From an uncultured Bacteroidales bacterium (GTDB lineage Bacteria; Bacteroidota; Bacteroidia; Bacteroidales; DTU049), in the NCBI GenBank assembly GCA_964428185.1, contig CAYRXH010000003.1, positions 14,577-78,576 on the forward strand: a stretch of DNA of 64,000 bases. The letters are read 5' to 3'. Shown one piece after another: positions 10,542 through 20,645 of the stretch. Positions within the stretch are counted from its first letter, which is position 1. The number at the start of each line of letters is the position of its first letter. The notes below the pieces were generated by a model. That model worked only from the letters and a program-made list of their open reading frames with translations. It made no database searches and had not been told where the DNA came from. A program made the position numbers and the translations under genes.

Positions 10542-12640
10542 TGAAAAAAAGAATTGGTATAGTAGTATGCCCTCTACTGTTGGGATTTTTTCTGCTGTTT
10601 CAAATGACTGTGTCTGCCCAGGTTGATGAAGAACAACAATCTTCAGGGACAATCGAAGAGACCATGGAAAATATTACAGAGACTACTGAAAGCGATGTTG
10701 ACTTCACCGAATTCATTGAAATTCTTGAAAGGTTTAAAAATAATCCAATCAATCTCAACAAAACTACTGCAGAAGAGCTGAAGATGCTGCCGTTTCTAAA
10801 TGATATTCAGATCAACAATCTGTTAAATCATATCAAAAAGAACGGAAATCTTGTTACCATATTTGAGTTACAGACAGTAGAAGGGTTTGATCAGCAAACC
10901 ATTGAGAATATCCTTCCCTATGTGGAAGTAACAACAGATTTTAAAAAAAGAAATGTCACCTTCAATGATATATTTGCAAGCGGAAAGCATCAGATGTTTA
11001 TCAGATATGCAAGGATTTTGCAGGAACAGGAAGGATATTCAGAGGTTACAGAAGAAGAACTTGCTGAAAATCCCAATGCACGATATCTTGGTGACCCTGC
11101 AAAAATTTATTCACGTTACAGGTTCACCTATTTCAACAGCCTGAGTGTGGGAGCCACAGCAGAGAAAGATCCCGGTGAACATTTTTTTCAGGGAACCCAG
11201 CCTCAGGGTTTTGACTTTTATTCGGCCCACTTCTGGATGCGTGATATCAGCATATTTAAAACACTGGCTGTGGGAGATTATAACCTGTACTTCGGACAGG
11301 GTCTTGGGTTGTGGACCGGTCTTGGATTCGGAAAATCTTCTGATGTGGCAACCATGAAAAAAAACGGAAGAGGGATTATGCCCTACACTTCTGTTGAGGA
11401 AAACAACTTTCTCAGGGGCGGAGCTGCTTCTTTTCAGCTTGGCGATTTTGAGGTGTACGGGTTTTATTCAAAGAAAAAAAGAGATGCCAGCCTTGAAAGC
11501 ACCTCAGATACTCTGGACAGTGAAGAGTTTTATTTTACTTCACTCAATGCAACAGGCTATCACCGCACACCCGGAGAAATTGCAAAAAAGAATGTGCTGG
11601 ATGAACAGCTTTACGGAGGCAGAATTGAATATATGGCATCCCGTTTTCAGATAGGAGCTACAGGGTATGCTCTTTCATACGAATATCCCCTCGGCAGGGA
11701 TCTTCAGCCATATAGTCAGTTTGAATTCAATGGCCAGAATCTTTGGGTTGCTTCAGCAGATTATAACTTCGTGCGACGCAATATCAACATGTTTGGAGAA
11801 ATTGCCAGAAGTGACAACGGAGGTATTGCCTTTACTCAGAGCCTGCTTGTTGCTCCTTCGCGGACAGTTTCTGTGGGTCTGAACTACAGAAATTATCAGA
11901 AAGACTATCAGTCAATTTTTGCTGCAGGATTTGGCGAATCAAGCAAAACAGCCAATGAAAAGGGGTTGTACGCAGGTATTCAGGTTTTACTGATCCCAAA
12001 GTGGACACTGAACGGATATTTTGATATTTTCAGCTTTCCCTGGCTCCGATACAGAGTAGATGCACCTTCTCACGGTCATGATGCGCTTGCTCAGCTCACC
12101 TACAATCATTCAAAAACTGCATTTGTAACTTTCAGATACCGCCAGAAATTTAAATACCTCAATGGCGATGACGGCGCAATCACCAATATTTATCTCACCG
12201 AAAAAAGTAATTACCGTATTCATGCTCAGTATGCAGTTTCTCCTTCTGTCACACTGAAAAACAGAATTGAGTTTCTCACTTATGCTATGGAAGGAGAAAC
12301 AAATACTGGCTATCTTATCTATCAGGATGTGACTTGGCGCCCAAAGGAAACTCCATGGGCACTTTCCATCAGGTATGCTCTTTTTGATACCGATACGTAT
12401 GATGAACGAATATACGCTTACGAAAATGATGTGTTATATGCCTACTCAATTCCTGCTTATTACTACAAGGGCAGTCGCGCTTACATTCTGGTCAAATACA
12501 GCCTGGGAAGAAATGTTGATCTGTGGCTTCGCTACGCACAGACATATTACAGCAACAAACAAACCATTGGATCGGGACTTGATGAAATTCAGGGTCGTCT
12601 GAAATCTGAAATTAAAGCACAGGTGAAAGTGAAGTTTTAA
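10541..12640 (+). CDS. Helix-hairpin-helix (ComEA-like) domain outer-membrane protein
   Basis: Signal peptide; PINLNKTTAEELKMLPFL...FELQTVEGFD (ComEA HhH); beta-strand-rich body ending in KAQVKVKF. Its start overlaps the upstream stop. Confidence 0.75.
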   Translation: MKKRIGIVVCPLLLGFFLLFQMTVSAQVDEEQQSSGTIEETMENITETTESDVDFTEFIEILERFKNNPINLNKTTAEELKMLPFLNDIQINNLLNHIKKNGNLVTIFELQTVEGFDQQTIENILPYVEVTTDFKKRNVTFNDIFASGKHQMFIRYARILQEQEGYSEVTEEELAENPNARYLGDPAKIYSRYRFTYFNSLSVGATAEKDPGEHFFQGTQPQGFDFYSAHFWMRDISIFKTLAVGDYNLYFGQGLGLWTGLGFGKSSDVATMKKNGRGIMPYTSVEENNFLRGGAASFQLGDFEVYGFYSKKKRDASLESTSDTLDSEEFYFTSLNATGYHRTPGEIAKKNVLDEQLYGGRIEYMASRFQIGATGYALSYEYPLGRDLQPYSQFEFNGQNLWVASADYNFVRRNINMFGEIARSDNGGIAFTQSLLVAPSRTVSVGLNYRNYQKDYQSIFAAGFGESSKTANEKGLYAGIQVLLIPKWTLNGYFDIFSFPWLRYRVDAPSHGHDALAQLTYNHSKTAFVTFRYRQKFKYLNGDDGAITNIYLTEKSNYRIHAQYAVSPSVTLKNRIEFLTYAMEGETNTGYLIYQDVTWRPKETPWALSIRYALFDTDTYDERIYAYENDVLYAYSIPAYYYKGSRAYILVKYSLGRNVDLWLRYAQTYYSNKQTIGSGLDEIQGRLKSEIKAQVKVKF

Positions 12641-12685
12641 AAAATTAGTTTATTTTTACAATCACAAACAGAAAATATATACATT

Positions 12686-14440
12686 ATGAAAAAAATCATT
12701 TGCCTGCTGATTGCTGTTCTTTCAGCTTATCAGCTTTTTGCACAGGCACCCCAGTCGTTTAAATATCAGGCTGCCCTCAGGGATGACAATGGCGTTTCAT
12801 TGGTCAATACAGCCGTAACAGTCAGAATCAGCATCCATCAGACAAATTCGGGTGGCACTGTCGTTTATCAGGAAACATTCTCTGTCACAACCAATGATTA
12901 CGGTCTGATTTTTCTGAATATAGGCTCCGGCACTGTTATTTCGGGAACTTTTGCATCAATTGACTGGTCTGGTGATCAGTATTTTATTAAGACAGAGGTA
13001 GACAGCGGCAGCGGATATGCTGACCTTGGAACCACCCAGTTACTTTCAGTGCCTTATGCCCTGCATTCAGCCAGCGCTGTTGAAACTGATCCTTCTTTCA
13101 GTGCCAGTGCTGCAGCAGGTATAACTTCAACAGACATTACGAACTGGAACAGCATGACAGGGTCCCAGTGGATAGACAACAGTCCGTCCATATATTTTAC
13201 CGGCGGAAATGTGGGAATCGGCACCAACGCCCCCACGGGATTGCTTCATACATACGGTAACGGAATTGGTGAAGGCAATGTATTATTTCAGGGAATATAT
13301 AAGGGAACACCTGGTGATCCGCCTGCCAGCGGTGGAGGAACACGCATGATGTGGTATCCTGACAAAGCAGCCTTCAGGGTGGGGAGAGTTTCCTCCACTC
13401 AATGGGATAAAGACAGTATCGGCAATTATTCATTCGCAACAGGTGAAAATGTCAAAGCCAAAGGACATAATTCAATGGCCTGGGGACAGAACACAAGTGC
13501 CACAGGAATGAGATCCACTGCCTGGGGCAGCTCAACATCAGCCACTGGTGAAGGAGCCACAGCCTTCGGGCTTTCAACAGTTGCTGCAGGAAATTTTTCA
13601 ATAGCTGTTGGAGAAGGGAATTCATCTCCCACTTATACAGAAGTTGTTGTGGGAAGATTTGCTACCACTTATACAGCTTCAGGAACAGGAGCTACCAATT
13701 GGGCAGCCACCGACAGATTGTTTACAGTTGGTAACGGCACAGCCACAACATCAAGAAGCAACGCCATGACAATATTTAAAAACGGAAATGTGGGGATTGG
13801 AATAGACAATCCAGGCAACCATCGCTTATATCTTCAGTCTGCCGGCGCAGGATCCTCGGCCGCTACCCTCAATATTGAAAACACTGCTTCCAATGGTATG
13901 GCACTCAACGTTTCTACTTCAACCAGTGACGGAAGTGTACTCATTACACAAAACGGCTCCGGATATGCTCTGAGGTGTGATTATCTCACTCCACTTCGTA
14001 CAGTTTTTGTTGTGGCAGGTGATAATGTGGGAATTGGTCTTGCCAATCCGTCAAACAGGCTTGTTGTCTATAATGGCACCACAACAGGTCAATATACAAC
14101 TTCAGGATGGACTCACTCATCCGACAGGAGGCTGAAAAAAAACATCATTGATATGGAGCCGGCACTTGAAAAACTTCTGCAACTGACTCCCAAAAGGTAC
14201 GACTACATCACAGAAGAAAGCAATAGCAGTGCTCACATCGGCCTTATAGCTCAAGAAGTAGAGCTCCTGTTTCCCGAATTTGTAAATACAGATGCTAACG
14301 GAATGAAGTCCATTGCGTATGGCGAAATGGTTCCTGTGTTGATTCAGTCAATCAAAGAACAACAGCAACAGATTGAAATGCTGATGCAGATGGTCAAAGA
14401 ACAACAGCAAAGAATCGAGACTCTGGAATCAGGGAAGTAA
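12686..14440 (+). CDS. Secreted tail-fibre-like protein with 14-residue beta-roll repeats and a C-terminal Peptidase_S74 intramolecular chaperone
   Basis: Signal peptide; GNVGIG repeats; YadA-head-like repeats ([56 protein letters not shown]); [10 protein letters not shown] cleavage motif; [13 protein letters not shown]; terminal coiled coil. Confidence 0.85.
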   Translation: MKKIICLLIAVLSAYQLFAQAPQSFKYQAALRDDNGVSLVNTAVTVRISIHQTNSGGTVVYQETFSVTTNDYGLIFLNIGSGTVISGTFASIDWSGDQYFIKTEVDSGSGYADLGTTQLLSVPYALHSASAVETDPSFSASAAAGITSTDITNWNSMTGSQWIDNSPSIYFTGGNVGIGTNAPTGLLHTYGNGIGEGNVLFQGIYKGTPGDPPASGGGTRMMWYPDKAAFRVGRVSSTQWDKDSIGNYSFATGENVKAKGHNSMAWGQNTSATGMRSTAWGSSTSATGEGATAFGLSTVAAGNFSIAVGEGNSSPTYTEVVVGRFATTYTASGTGATNWAATDRLFTVGNGTATTSRSNAMTIFKNGNVGIGIDNPGNHRLYLQSAGAGSSAATLNIENTASNGMALNVSTSTSDGSVLITQNGSGYALRCDYLTPLRTVFVVAGDNVGIGLANPSNRLVVYNGTTTGQYTTSGWTHSSDRRLKKNIIDMEPALEKLLQLTPKRYDYITEESNSSAHIGLIAQEVELLFPEFVNTDANGMKSIAYGEMVPVLIQSIKEQQQQIEMLMQMVKEQQQRIETLESGK

Positions 14441-14448
14441 TAAAACCA

Positions 14449-14472
14449 ATCAACCTGCCGGAGCAGGTTGAT
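14449..14472. terminator. Perfect 10-bp hairpin between convergent genes, likely terminator
   Basis: ATCAACCTGC-CGGA-GCAGGTTGAT; no strong U-tract. Confidence 0.55.
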
Positions 14473-14523
14473 GATTATATGAAGATGAGAGGTGAGGGCT
14501 TCTGGCTTGATAAACTTTGTTTA

Positions 14524-17424
14524 TCAGTGGAATTTATATGAGAATTTCATTTGAAATGTTCTTCCTTTTTTGAGACTTTTATAAAGCTGATCTTCTGCCA
14601 TATATGATTTGTATTCAATTTCAGCAGCACTGTTGAGAAGATTATCAATTTTTATCCCCAGCTGAATGTTATTCTCCTTTCCCAGATTTATGGAAGAATT
14701 AAAATTCAAGCCATGAAAAGGAACAGTATAAATATCTGGTCTGTCTGCAATTCCTGCATAAAGCAGGGTTTGACCCTGCACATTATAGAACAATCCAACT
14801 TCGAGTCCCTTGAGATTTTTATTTTCTCCTGCCTGATATAGTATTCCTCCATTAATTATATATGGGGACTGACCAGCCATATCTCTGGTATCAGAAATAA
14901 TTTCGCCCTGTCGGGCATTTTCTGTTCTGGAATCAAATTCTGTTTTGCTGAGCTTAATTTCTGATTGTGTAAATGTTAGGTTTCCTGCAATGCTGAGCCT
15001 ACTTAAAGTTTCTTCATTTACAAAAAGGTTTTTTCTGAATTCAACTTCTATTCCGAGAACACTGCCGTTTCCGACATTTCTTGGTTGGATTGCGCCAGAC
15101 TGTGTTGCATATTGAACAATTTCGATAGGATTGATAAAATATTTGTAAAACCCACTGAGTGAAAGAGTTTGTTCAAAAGATCCGAAAATTTCCCAGCGCA
15201 CATCGGCATTGTGAATGTCAGAACTTGTTAGATTTCCATCCCAGTATTCAATACCGGCAATATCATCTGCATCTTTGAATATGCCTCCGATAAATGTTGT
15301 CCCGGATATTGGATCGTAGATTTCAGCATAAGAAAGTTCCTTAAAAGATGGTCTGGCAATGGTTTTGGAATATGAAGCCCTGAAATTCTGCTTTTCGGCA
15401 ATGTTGTAAATCAGATTTAGTGCAGGAAAAAAGCCGATTTCGCTGAGCACATTGGCATTATCTAGAACGTTGATCCCAAGTTGGTCTTGACCGGTATAGT
15501 TTTGAGAGTAATATTCAATCCTTATTCCTGCATTGGTTTTTAGTCTTTCAAAAAGAGATATCTCTGTTGACAGGTATGTGCCTGTGGTATTGATAGTCGC
15601 ACTAAACTGATTGGGATTGTTAGGAATAAATGGAGTTTCAAAAGTTGTTCCTCTGCCGGGATTATCATTATACGGCCAAAGGTTTTCTTCATAAAACAAC
15701 TCATCGGGATTTCCTGTAAGTGGAATATCACGGATGTTTAAGGCAAAATTCCGGATATTAAAATCTCTTTGTTTGAAAGTGTGGGAAGCACCAAAAAGAA
15801 GTTTAGCATCTCTGTTTCTCAAAGAATAATTCCTGGTAACATGAACAACACCAGTAATATTGTATTCTTGCAGGTTTCTCCAGATTCGTTCAGGAAACCC
15901 CGATTCAGTGCCAATGATAAATTGATCATCTCTGATTTCATATCGGGTAAACCGTATATCAGGATCTGATATTTTGGAAAAGGAAGGCGAAATTTTCCAA
16001 ACATATTGCCATTTTGAATTTTCAGGCATCATTTTTCCTTCAATAAAAAGATTGGTAAGTGACCTTTGATTATAATCAATATTGTGTTGAATGGCTATAA
16101 AATTAGACCCAAGATCTGACCCGATAAAATCAAAAATACCTGCAGATGATTCACCGTTTTGAAGATGCATGAGATTAATTTTCAGCCTGAAGGTTTTAGT
16201 TTTTATTGCAAACCCTGCGAGCCCGTTAAGAAAAACACTGTTGAGACCGTAATTTCCTCTCTGATATTCTCTCTGGTCCATTTCAAACACAGATCTATCA
16301 CCATTCAGACCGTATTTTGCCAAAACAGCGTCTTCATAAAATTCTGTATCGTTTTTATATGAAAAAGCGAAGTTATATCCGACAATATGTTTTTGAAGGG
16401 TTACCTGATTTCCATAATTCATAGAAAATCCAAAATCCATCAGGCTGTTTTTCTTATAGGCTGACAGATTGGGGTTGAACGATGTTAGAATATTTCTGTA
16501 TGCTTCAGCTTCCTCTCCATCCGGGTTTCCAACCACCTGAGCGAACTGAGGAATATTTGATTCTGCAGGAATTTCACGACTGCCGTCATCAAAACCCAGA
16601 AAATCAGTGCTGCCACCATCTGCTGTAAGATAGTCAGCCTGAAAATGAAACATTGGATTGTATCCGGCACTTACTGAAACTGAAGCAGTTTTTTGCTCGG
16701 GAAAATCCTTGGTTTCAATATCAACAACTCCTCCTGTGAAATCGGCTGGTAACTCTGCTCTGAAAGACTTGTGAATGACAATATTATCAATAATGTTTGT
16801 CGGAAAAATATCCATCTGGATGGTGTTTCTGTCAGGATCAAGACCCGGAATATCCACTCCGTTCAGAATGGTTTTGGTATATCTGTCGCCCAGTCCCCTC
16901 ACATAAACATACTTCCCGTCATTGATTGAAATTCCAGGAACTCTTTTCACTGATGAAGCAGCATCCGAATCACCGGTTCGTTTAAATTGCACGGCTGATA
17001 TGCCGTCCAGCATATTGGGTGATTTCATTTTCATGGTCTGCAACGATGTCTCAGTGTTTCTGGTTTGCTCTGCAGTAATTGTAACAGTTGTCAGCTCTAT
17101 GGCAACTTCTTTCAGACTGATATTTTCAAAAAGACAGACTTCTTCAGGCTTCAGGACAACATTTTCGATAAGCACTGTAGTGTACGAAATATATGACACC
17201 CTGAGTGTATATGTTCCGGGTGGTGCATTAAAACTGAACTTCCCATCGAGATCACTCATGGTACCGTATGTGGTGCCCTCAAGCATAACGGTTACACCGG
17301 GCATTTCTTCTCCTGTTTTTGCGTCATACACTGTCCCTCTCACAGTGCAGTTCTGAGAAAAAAGCATTTCAGACACGATGAATAAAAACAGAAGCGGAAT
17401 AAATCTGAAAACCCTCATTTTCAT
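14524..17424 (-). CDS. TonB-dependent receptor with N-terminal carboxypeptidase-regulatory-like domain
   Basis: VRGTVYDAKTGEEMPGV (CarboxypepD_reg), plug KRVPGISINDGKYVYVRGLGDRY, C-terminal NLLN...KGRTFQMKFSYKFH. Confidence 0.92.
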   Translation of the reverse strand: MKMRVFRFIPLLFLFIVSEMLFSQNCTVRGTVYDAKTGEEMPGVTVMLEGTTYGTMSDLDGKFSFNAPPGTYTLRVSYISYTTVLIENVVLKPEEVCLFENISLKEVAIELTTVTITAEQTRNTETSLQTMKMKSPNMLDGISAVQFKRTGDSDAASSVKRVPGISINDGKYVYVRGLGDRYTKTILNGVDIPGLDPDRNTIQMDIFPTNIIDNIVIHKSFRAELPADFTGGVVDIETKDFPEQKTASVSVSAGYNPMFHFQADYLTADGGSTDFLGFDDGSREIPAESNIPQFAQVVGNPDGEEAEAYRNILTSFNPNLSAYKKNSLMDFGFSMNYGNQVTLQKHIVGYNFAFSYKNDTEFYEDAVLAKYGLNGDRSVFEMDQREYQRGNYGLNSVFLNGLAGFAIKTKTFRLKINLMHLQNGESSAGIFDFIGSDLGSNFIAIQHNIDYNQRSLTNLFIEGKMMPENSKWQYVWKISPSFSKISDPDIRFTRYEIRDDQFIIGTESGFPERIWRNLQEYNITGVVHVTRNYSLRNRDAKLLFGASHTFKQRDFNIRNFALNIRDIPLTGNPDELFYEENLWPYNDNPGRGTTFETPFIPNNPNQFSATINTTGTYLSTEISLFERLKTNAGIRIEYYSQNYTGQDQLGINVLDNANVLSEIGFFPALNLIYNIAEKQNFRASYSKTIARPSFKELSYAEIYDPISGTTFIGGIFKDADDIAGIEYWDGNLTSSDIHNADVRWEIFGSFEQTLSLSGFYKYFINPIEIVQYATQSGAIQPRNVGNGSVLGIEVEFRKNLFVNEETLSRLSIAGNLTFTQSEIKLSKTEFDSRTENARQGEIISDTRDMAGQSPYIINGGILYQAGENKNLKGLEVGLFYNVQGQTLLYAGIADRPDIYTVPFHGLNFNSSINLGKENNIQLGIKIDNLLNSAAEIEYKSYMAEDQLYKSLKKGRTFQMKFSYKFH

Positions 17425-17450
17425 ATTGATTTCTCTTTGTGGTTAAAGTG

Positions 17451-17481
17451 AAAGCCCGCAAGTGGTAATCCTGCGAGCTTT
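17451..17481 (-). terminator. Intergenic stem-loop between the lipoprotein and TBDR genes
   Basis: On the minus strand AAAGCTCGCA-11 nt-TGCGGGCTTT gives a 10-bp stem with one G.U pair. It may act as a partial terminator or mRNA-stability element. Confidence 0.55.
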
Positions 17482-17506
17482 TTAGTTAAATGGAGTTGTA
17501 TGGAGT

Positions 17507-18703
17507 TTAGAATTCTGTCAGTTCTCCTTTAATCGCTGCCCATGACCATCCTGTGAACTGACTTGCATCTGCGCCGACAGTGTTTGCTCCTGCAGCAATT
17601 GCTGTGACAAATGCATCTGACCCTCCTTTGAAAAAGTCAGAAATTGACGTTCCTTCTGGCAATGTCGCCTGAAGAGCACTAATAACAGTAGTATAATCTG
17701 TTGGCAATTCGTCAAAATCCTGCCCCAGTGTCAGTTCAAAAAAATAAATATTGTTCATGTCCACATTTGTATTCGGATCGTTATCAACCAGTCCATCAAC
17801 ATCAACAGCCTTTACAGTTCCATTTTTAATCAAATAGTTGGCTGTAACTGCAGCTCCTTCGGGGCCATCAAGTTCAAAGCACTCATCACCAGAATTAATC
17901 ACTATAACATTATCAATTGTACCTGTCCATCCTTGATCTGCATCAACTGCATCATCACCGGCATTCCATACCAATGCGTTTTTGACATTTACTGTGCCAC
18001 CAAACCATTCTATTCCGTCATCCTGATTGGCAATAATTTCTATGTTTTCTATGACTGTACCTGAGCCAACTCCACCAAGTGTAAGACCGTTGATTTCGTT
18101 GCCCTCGCCAATGTTGGCTCCACCGTGGCGGATTGATACATATTTAATAACACCTGAATTGTCATCAGCTTTTGTCCCACCATACAAACCATTGGGATCT
18201 GAAGCAGGAATACCTTCAATCTGAACAGATGCTGCTGAAGCAGAAATGGGTGCATTGCCAAGAATAATCAAACCACCCCACAATCCGTTGATTTCTGGAT
18301 CAAGATTGGGACTTGCAATCTGTCCAGGTACAATTTCATCAGCAACAGATGTAAAAATAATCGGAGATGTGGCTGTTCCTTCTGCCATCAGTTTGCCGCC
18401 TCTTGCAATAAGTAATGCTGTCGCATTGGTTCCTGTTCCTGCCTGACCTTTAATTATAACACCAGGCTGAATTGTTAATGTTACTCCTGATACAACTGTG
18501 ATACGACCTGCAAGAATGTAAGTTTTTCCCGTTTCCCAGGTTGTGTTGCTGGTAATGTTGCTGCTAACAATAATTTCATTGCTTATTGGATCCGGTTCCG
18601 GTTCCGGATCATCTTCCTTTTTACAGGATGCAAATACAAGCCCAAAAGATAAAATAAGAATACTTGAGCTGTAAATTTTTGATTTAAAAGTTGTTTTTTT
18701 CAT
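17507..18703 (-). CDS. Surface lipoprotein with beta-helix (pectin-lyase-like) repeats
   Basis: Lipobox FASC, DDPEPEPDP linker, TLTIQPGVIIKG, PIIFTS, GLWGGLIILG, NGLTLGGVGSGT and DDGIEWFGG. Confidence 0.75.
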   Translation of the reverse strand: MKKTTFKSKIYSSSILILSFGLVFASCKKEDDPEPEPDPISNEIIVSSNITSNTTWETGKTYILAGRITVVSGVTLTIQPGVIIKGQAGTGTNATALLIARGGKLMAEGTATSPIIFTSVADEIVPGQIASPNLDPEINGLWGGLIILGNAPISASAASVQIEGIPASDPNGLYGGTKADDNSGVIKYVSIRHGGANIGEGNEINGLTLGGVGSGTVIENIEIIANQDDGIEWFGGTVNVKNALVWNAGDDAVDADQGWTGTIDNVIVINSGDECFELDGPEGAAVTANYLIKNGTVKAVDVDGLVDNDPNTNVDMNNIYFFELTLGQDFDELPTDYTTVISALQATLPEGTSISDFFKGGSDAFVTAIAAGANTVGADASQFTGWSWAAIKGELTEF

Positions 18704-18841
18704 AATTTACTGTTTTGGTTTTACAATGCAAAATTATTTCTGCACATTTTCTTAGAAGTTAACATTATGTTATGAAATTTTTAAGAAAGATCAGCCCAAT
18801 AATAAGCCAATATTAAGAATAATGAACTGTGAAAGCCCAAA

Positions 18842-19132
18842 TCAGGTATTCCTGTCATTTGCGGGCATAATCCTGCCTGTAAGACAACTTTTTTTACTCT
18901 TCAGTTTGGTAATAAAAGCATTCTCAGAATTCTCTTCAGGATATCCCAAAGAAAAGAGTTTGGTTGAAAATACCTGTCTCTCAACCGATCCATCGTGAAT
19001 GATGCTAAAAATATCAGTTTCAAGATCGACAGACACTGAATCAACCCCTTCAATGGCAGATAGATTTCTGATAATGGTATTCACACATCCCTTGCAGCTC
19101 AGATTTAGGATTTTTATTTCTGTTGTTTTCAT
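18842..19132 (-). CDS. Heavy-metal-associated (HMA, CopZ-like) domain protein
   Basis: NLSCKGCVNTI CxxC motif followed by IEGVDSVSVDL. Confidence 0.85.
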   Translation of the reverse strand: MKTTEIKILNLSCKGCVNTIIRNLSAIEGVDSVSVDLETDIFSIIHDGSVERQVFSTKLFSLGYPEENSENAFITKLKSKKSCLTGRIMPANDRNT

Positions 19133-19204
19133 GATTTTTTATTTAGAATAAGAACAAACAAAGATAATAATATTTTTTTATTATTTTTGCAAAAATGATT
19201 TGAC

Positions 19205-19393
19205 ATGTGGAAGGTTTTTCTGGCTAGTGTTATTTTTATCGGAGTGGCAATTGCGGCAATAGCAGTCAAGATGTTTGTGCTGAAAGGAGGAAAGTTTGAA
19301 AAAAACTGCAGTTGCGGAAGGAACGAAGAAGGCAGTGGTTGCACCACCCATTGTGAAGATCATGACAGAATTCATGGTCACGAAAAGGAATAA
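19205..19393 (+). CDS. Small single-TM protein with a Cys/His-rich tail
   Basis: Hydrophobic N-terminal helix, KGGKF, CSCG...GC..HC and a His-rich end. Confidence 0.6.
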   Translation: MWKVFLASVIFIGVAIAAIAVKMFVLKGGKFEKNCSCGRNEEGSGCTTHCEDHDRIHGHEKE

Positions 19394-19451
19394 TATCCAA
19401 TAGCATCAGGAGAAGTTTTTTGTTTTTTTACTACTTTTGAAAAAAAACAGC

Positions 19452-19865
19452 ATGATTTTCATTACCCGACGAGAGCAGTTTAATGCAGCTCACCGCTTGT
19501 TCAGGCTTAATTTTACTGATGAGGAAAACCTGCAGGTATTTGGTAAATGTTCAAATCCCAACTGGCACGGCCATAATTATACTCTTTTTGTAACTTTGAA
19601 GGGGGAGGTCAATCCTGAGACCGGATTTCTGATGAATCTGAAGGAGTTGAGTTCAATCATCAGGACACATATTATTGAGCCTCTTGATCACAAGAACATG
19701 AATGTAGAAGTGCCGTTTATGGAAGGAGTGATGCCCTCAACCGAAAATCTTGCCATTGCTGTCTGGAAAGAACTTGAAAAGCATCTTGTTGGCCAAGGGG
19801 CAGTGTTGCATTGTGTCAGAATTGAAGAAACAGAAAATAACTTTGTAGAATATTACGGACAATAA
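19452..19865 (+). CDS. queD: 6-carboxytetrahydropterin / 6-pyruvoyl-tetrahydropterin synthase
   Basis: FNAAHRL, GKC.NPNWHGHNY, LDHKNMN, STENLA and ETENN motifs. Confidence 0.9.
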   Translation: MIFITRREQFNAAHRLFRLNFTDEENLQVFGKCSNPNWHGHNYTLFVTLKGEVNPETGFLMNLKELSSIIRTHIIEPLDHKNMNVEVPFMEGVMPSTENLAIAVWKELEKHLVGQGAVLHCVRIEETENNFVEYYGQ

Positions 19866-19876
19866 ACTCATAAGCT

Positions 19877-20512
19877 ATGATGAAAAACCAGAATCTTATC
19901 GATCATTCGGTTGATGGATACACCAAAATTGACAATTATGACGATGCCGCAATAGAGCAAATGAAAGTTCATTATGAGCAGATATTGAAATTTATTGGTG
20001 AAGACCCTCAGCGAGAAGGATTGCTGAAAACTCCTGAGCGTGTTGCCAAAGCCCTGCAGTTTCTGACTCACGGGTATAACGCAGATCCTGAACAAATTCT
20101 CAGGTCTGCAATGTTTGCTGAAGAATATCGCGAAATGGTTATTGTGAAAGACATAGAGCTGTATTCAATGTGTGAACATCATATGCTGCCATTTTTTGGC
20201 AAGGCTCATGTGGCCTATATTCCAAATGGTTATATTGTTGGTCTCAGTAAAATTCCACGTGTGGTTGATGCCTATGCACGCAGGCTTCAGGTACAAGAAC
20301 GATTGACTTCGCAGATAAAGGACTGTATTCAAAACACGATTAAACCTTTGGGAGTAGCGGTTGTAATTGAAGCTCATCATTTGTGTATGATGATGAGAGG
20401 TATTCAGAAGCAAAATTCTGTTACTACAACATCCGATTTTACGGGTGCTTTCAGAAAAGAAGAGACACGTGCCGAATTTCTCCAGCTTATTGGAAACTCT
20501 CGTCTTCACTGA
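19877..20512 (+). CDS. folE: GTP cyclohydrolase I
   Basis: [35 protein letters not shown] and HLCMMMRG motifs. Confidence 0.97.
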   Translation: MMKNQNLIDHSVDGYTKIDNYDDAAIEQMKVHYEQILKFIGEDPQREGLLKTPERVAKALQFLTHGYNADPEQILRSAMFAEEYREMVIVKDIELYSMCEHHMLPFFGKAHVAYIPNGYIVGLSKIPRVVDAYARRLQVQERLTSQIKDCIQNTIKPLGVAVVIEAHHLCMMMRGIQKQNSVTTTSDFTGAFRKEETRAEFLQLIGNSRLH

Positions 20513-20645
20513 TACCGTTCTGAAATGCCTATTGCTTGTTGAAGGCGTTATTTGACGCTTTTTTCTGTGTGTCTGCCAATTTTAGTGCATTCTGCCAGTT
20601 GTGGCATCCTTATTTTTGCGTCATCAAACGTAAAACAAAATCATC

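Noticed and set aside
12686-14440. Prophage implied by the tail-fibre/S74 protein
   Set aside because: Has a Sec signal peptide, and there are no integrase, capsid, terminase or lysis genes nearby.
19163-19184. Fur-box-like ATAATAA-N7-TTATTAT
   Set aside because: Too AT-rich and too poor a match to distinguish from chance.
19452-20512. queD-folE as part of a 7-deazaguanine (dpd) DNA-modification system with the nearby island
   Set aside because: No dpdA/tgt, queC or queE in the window; composition matches the core genome; both are ordinary folate/queuosine genes separated from the island by unrelated genes.
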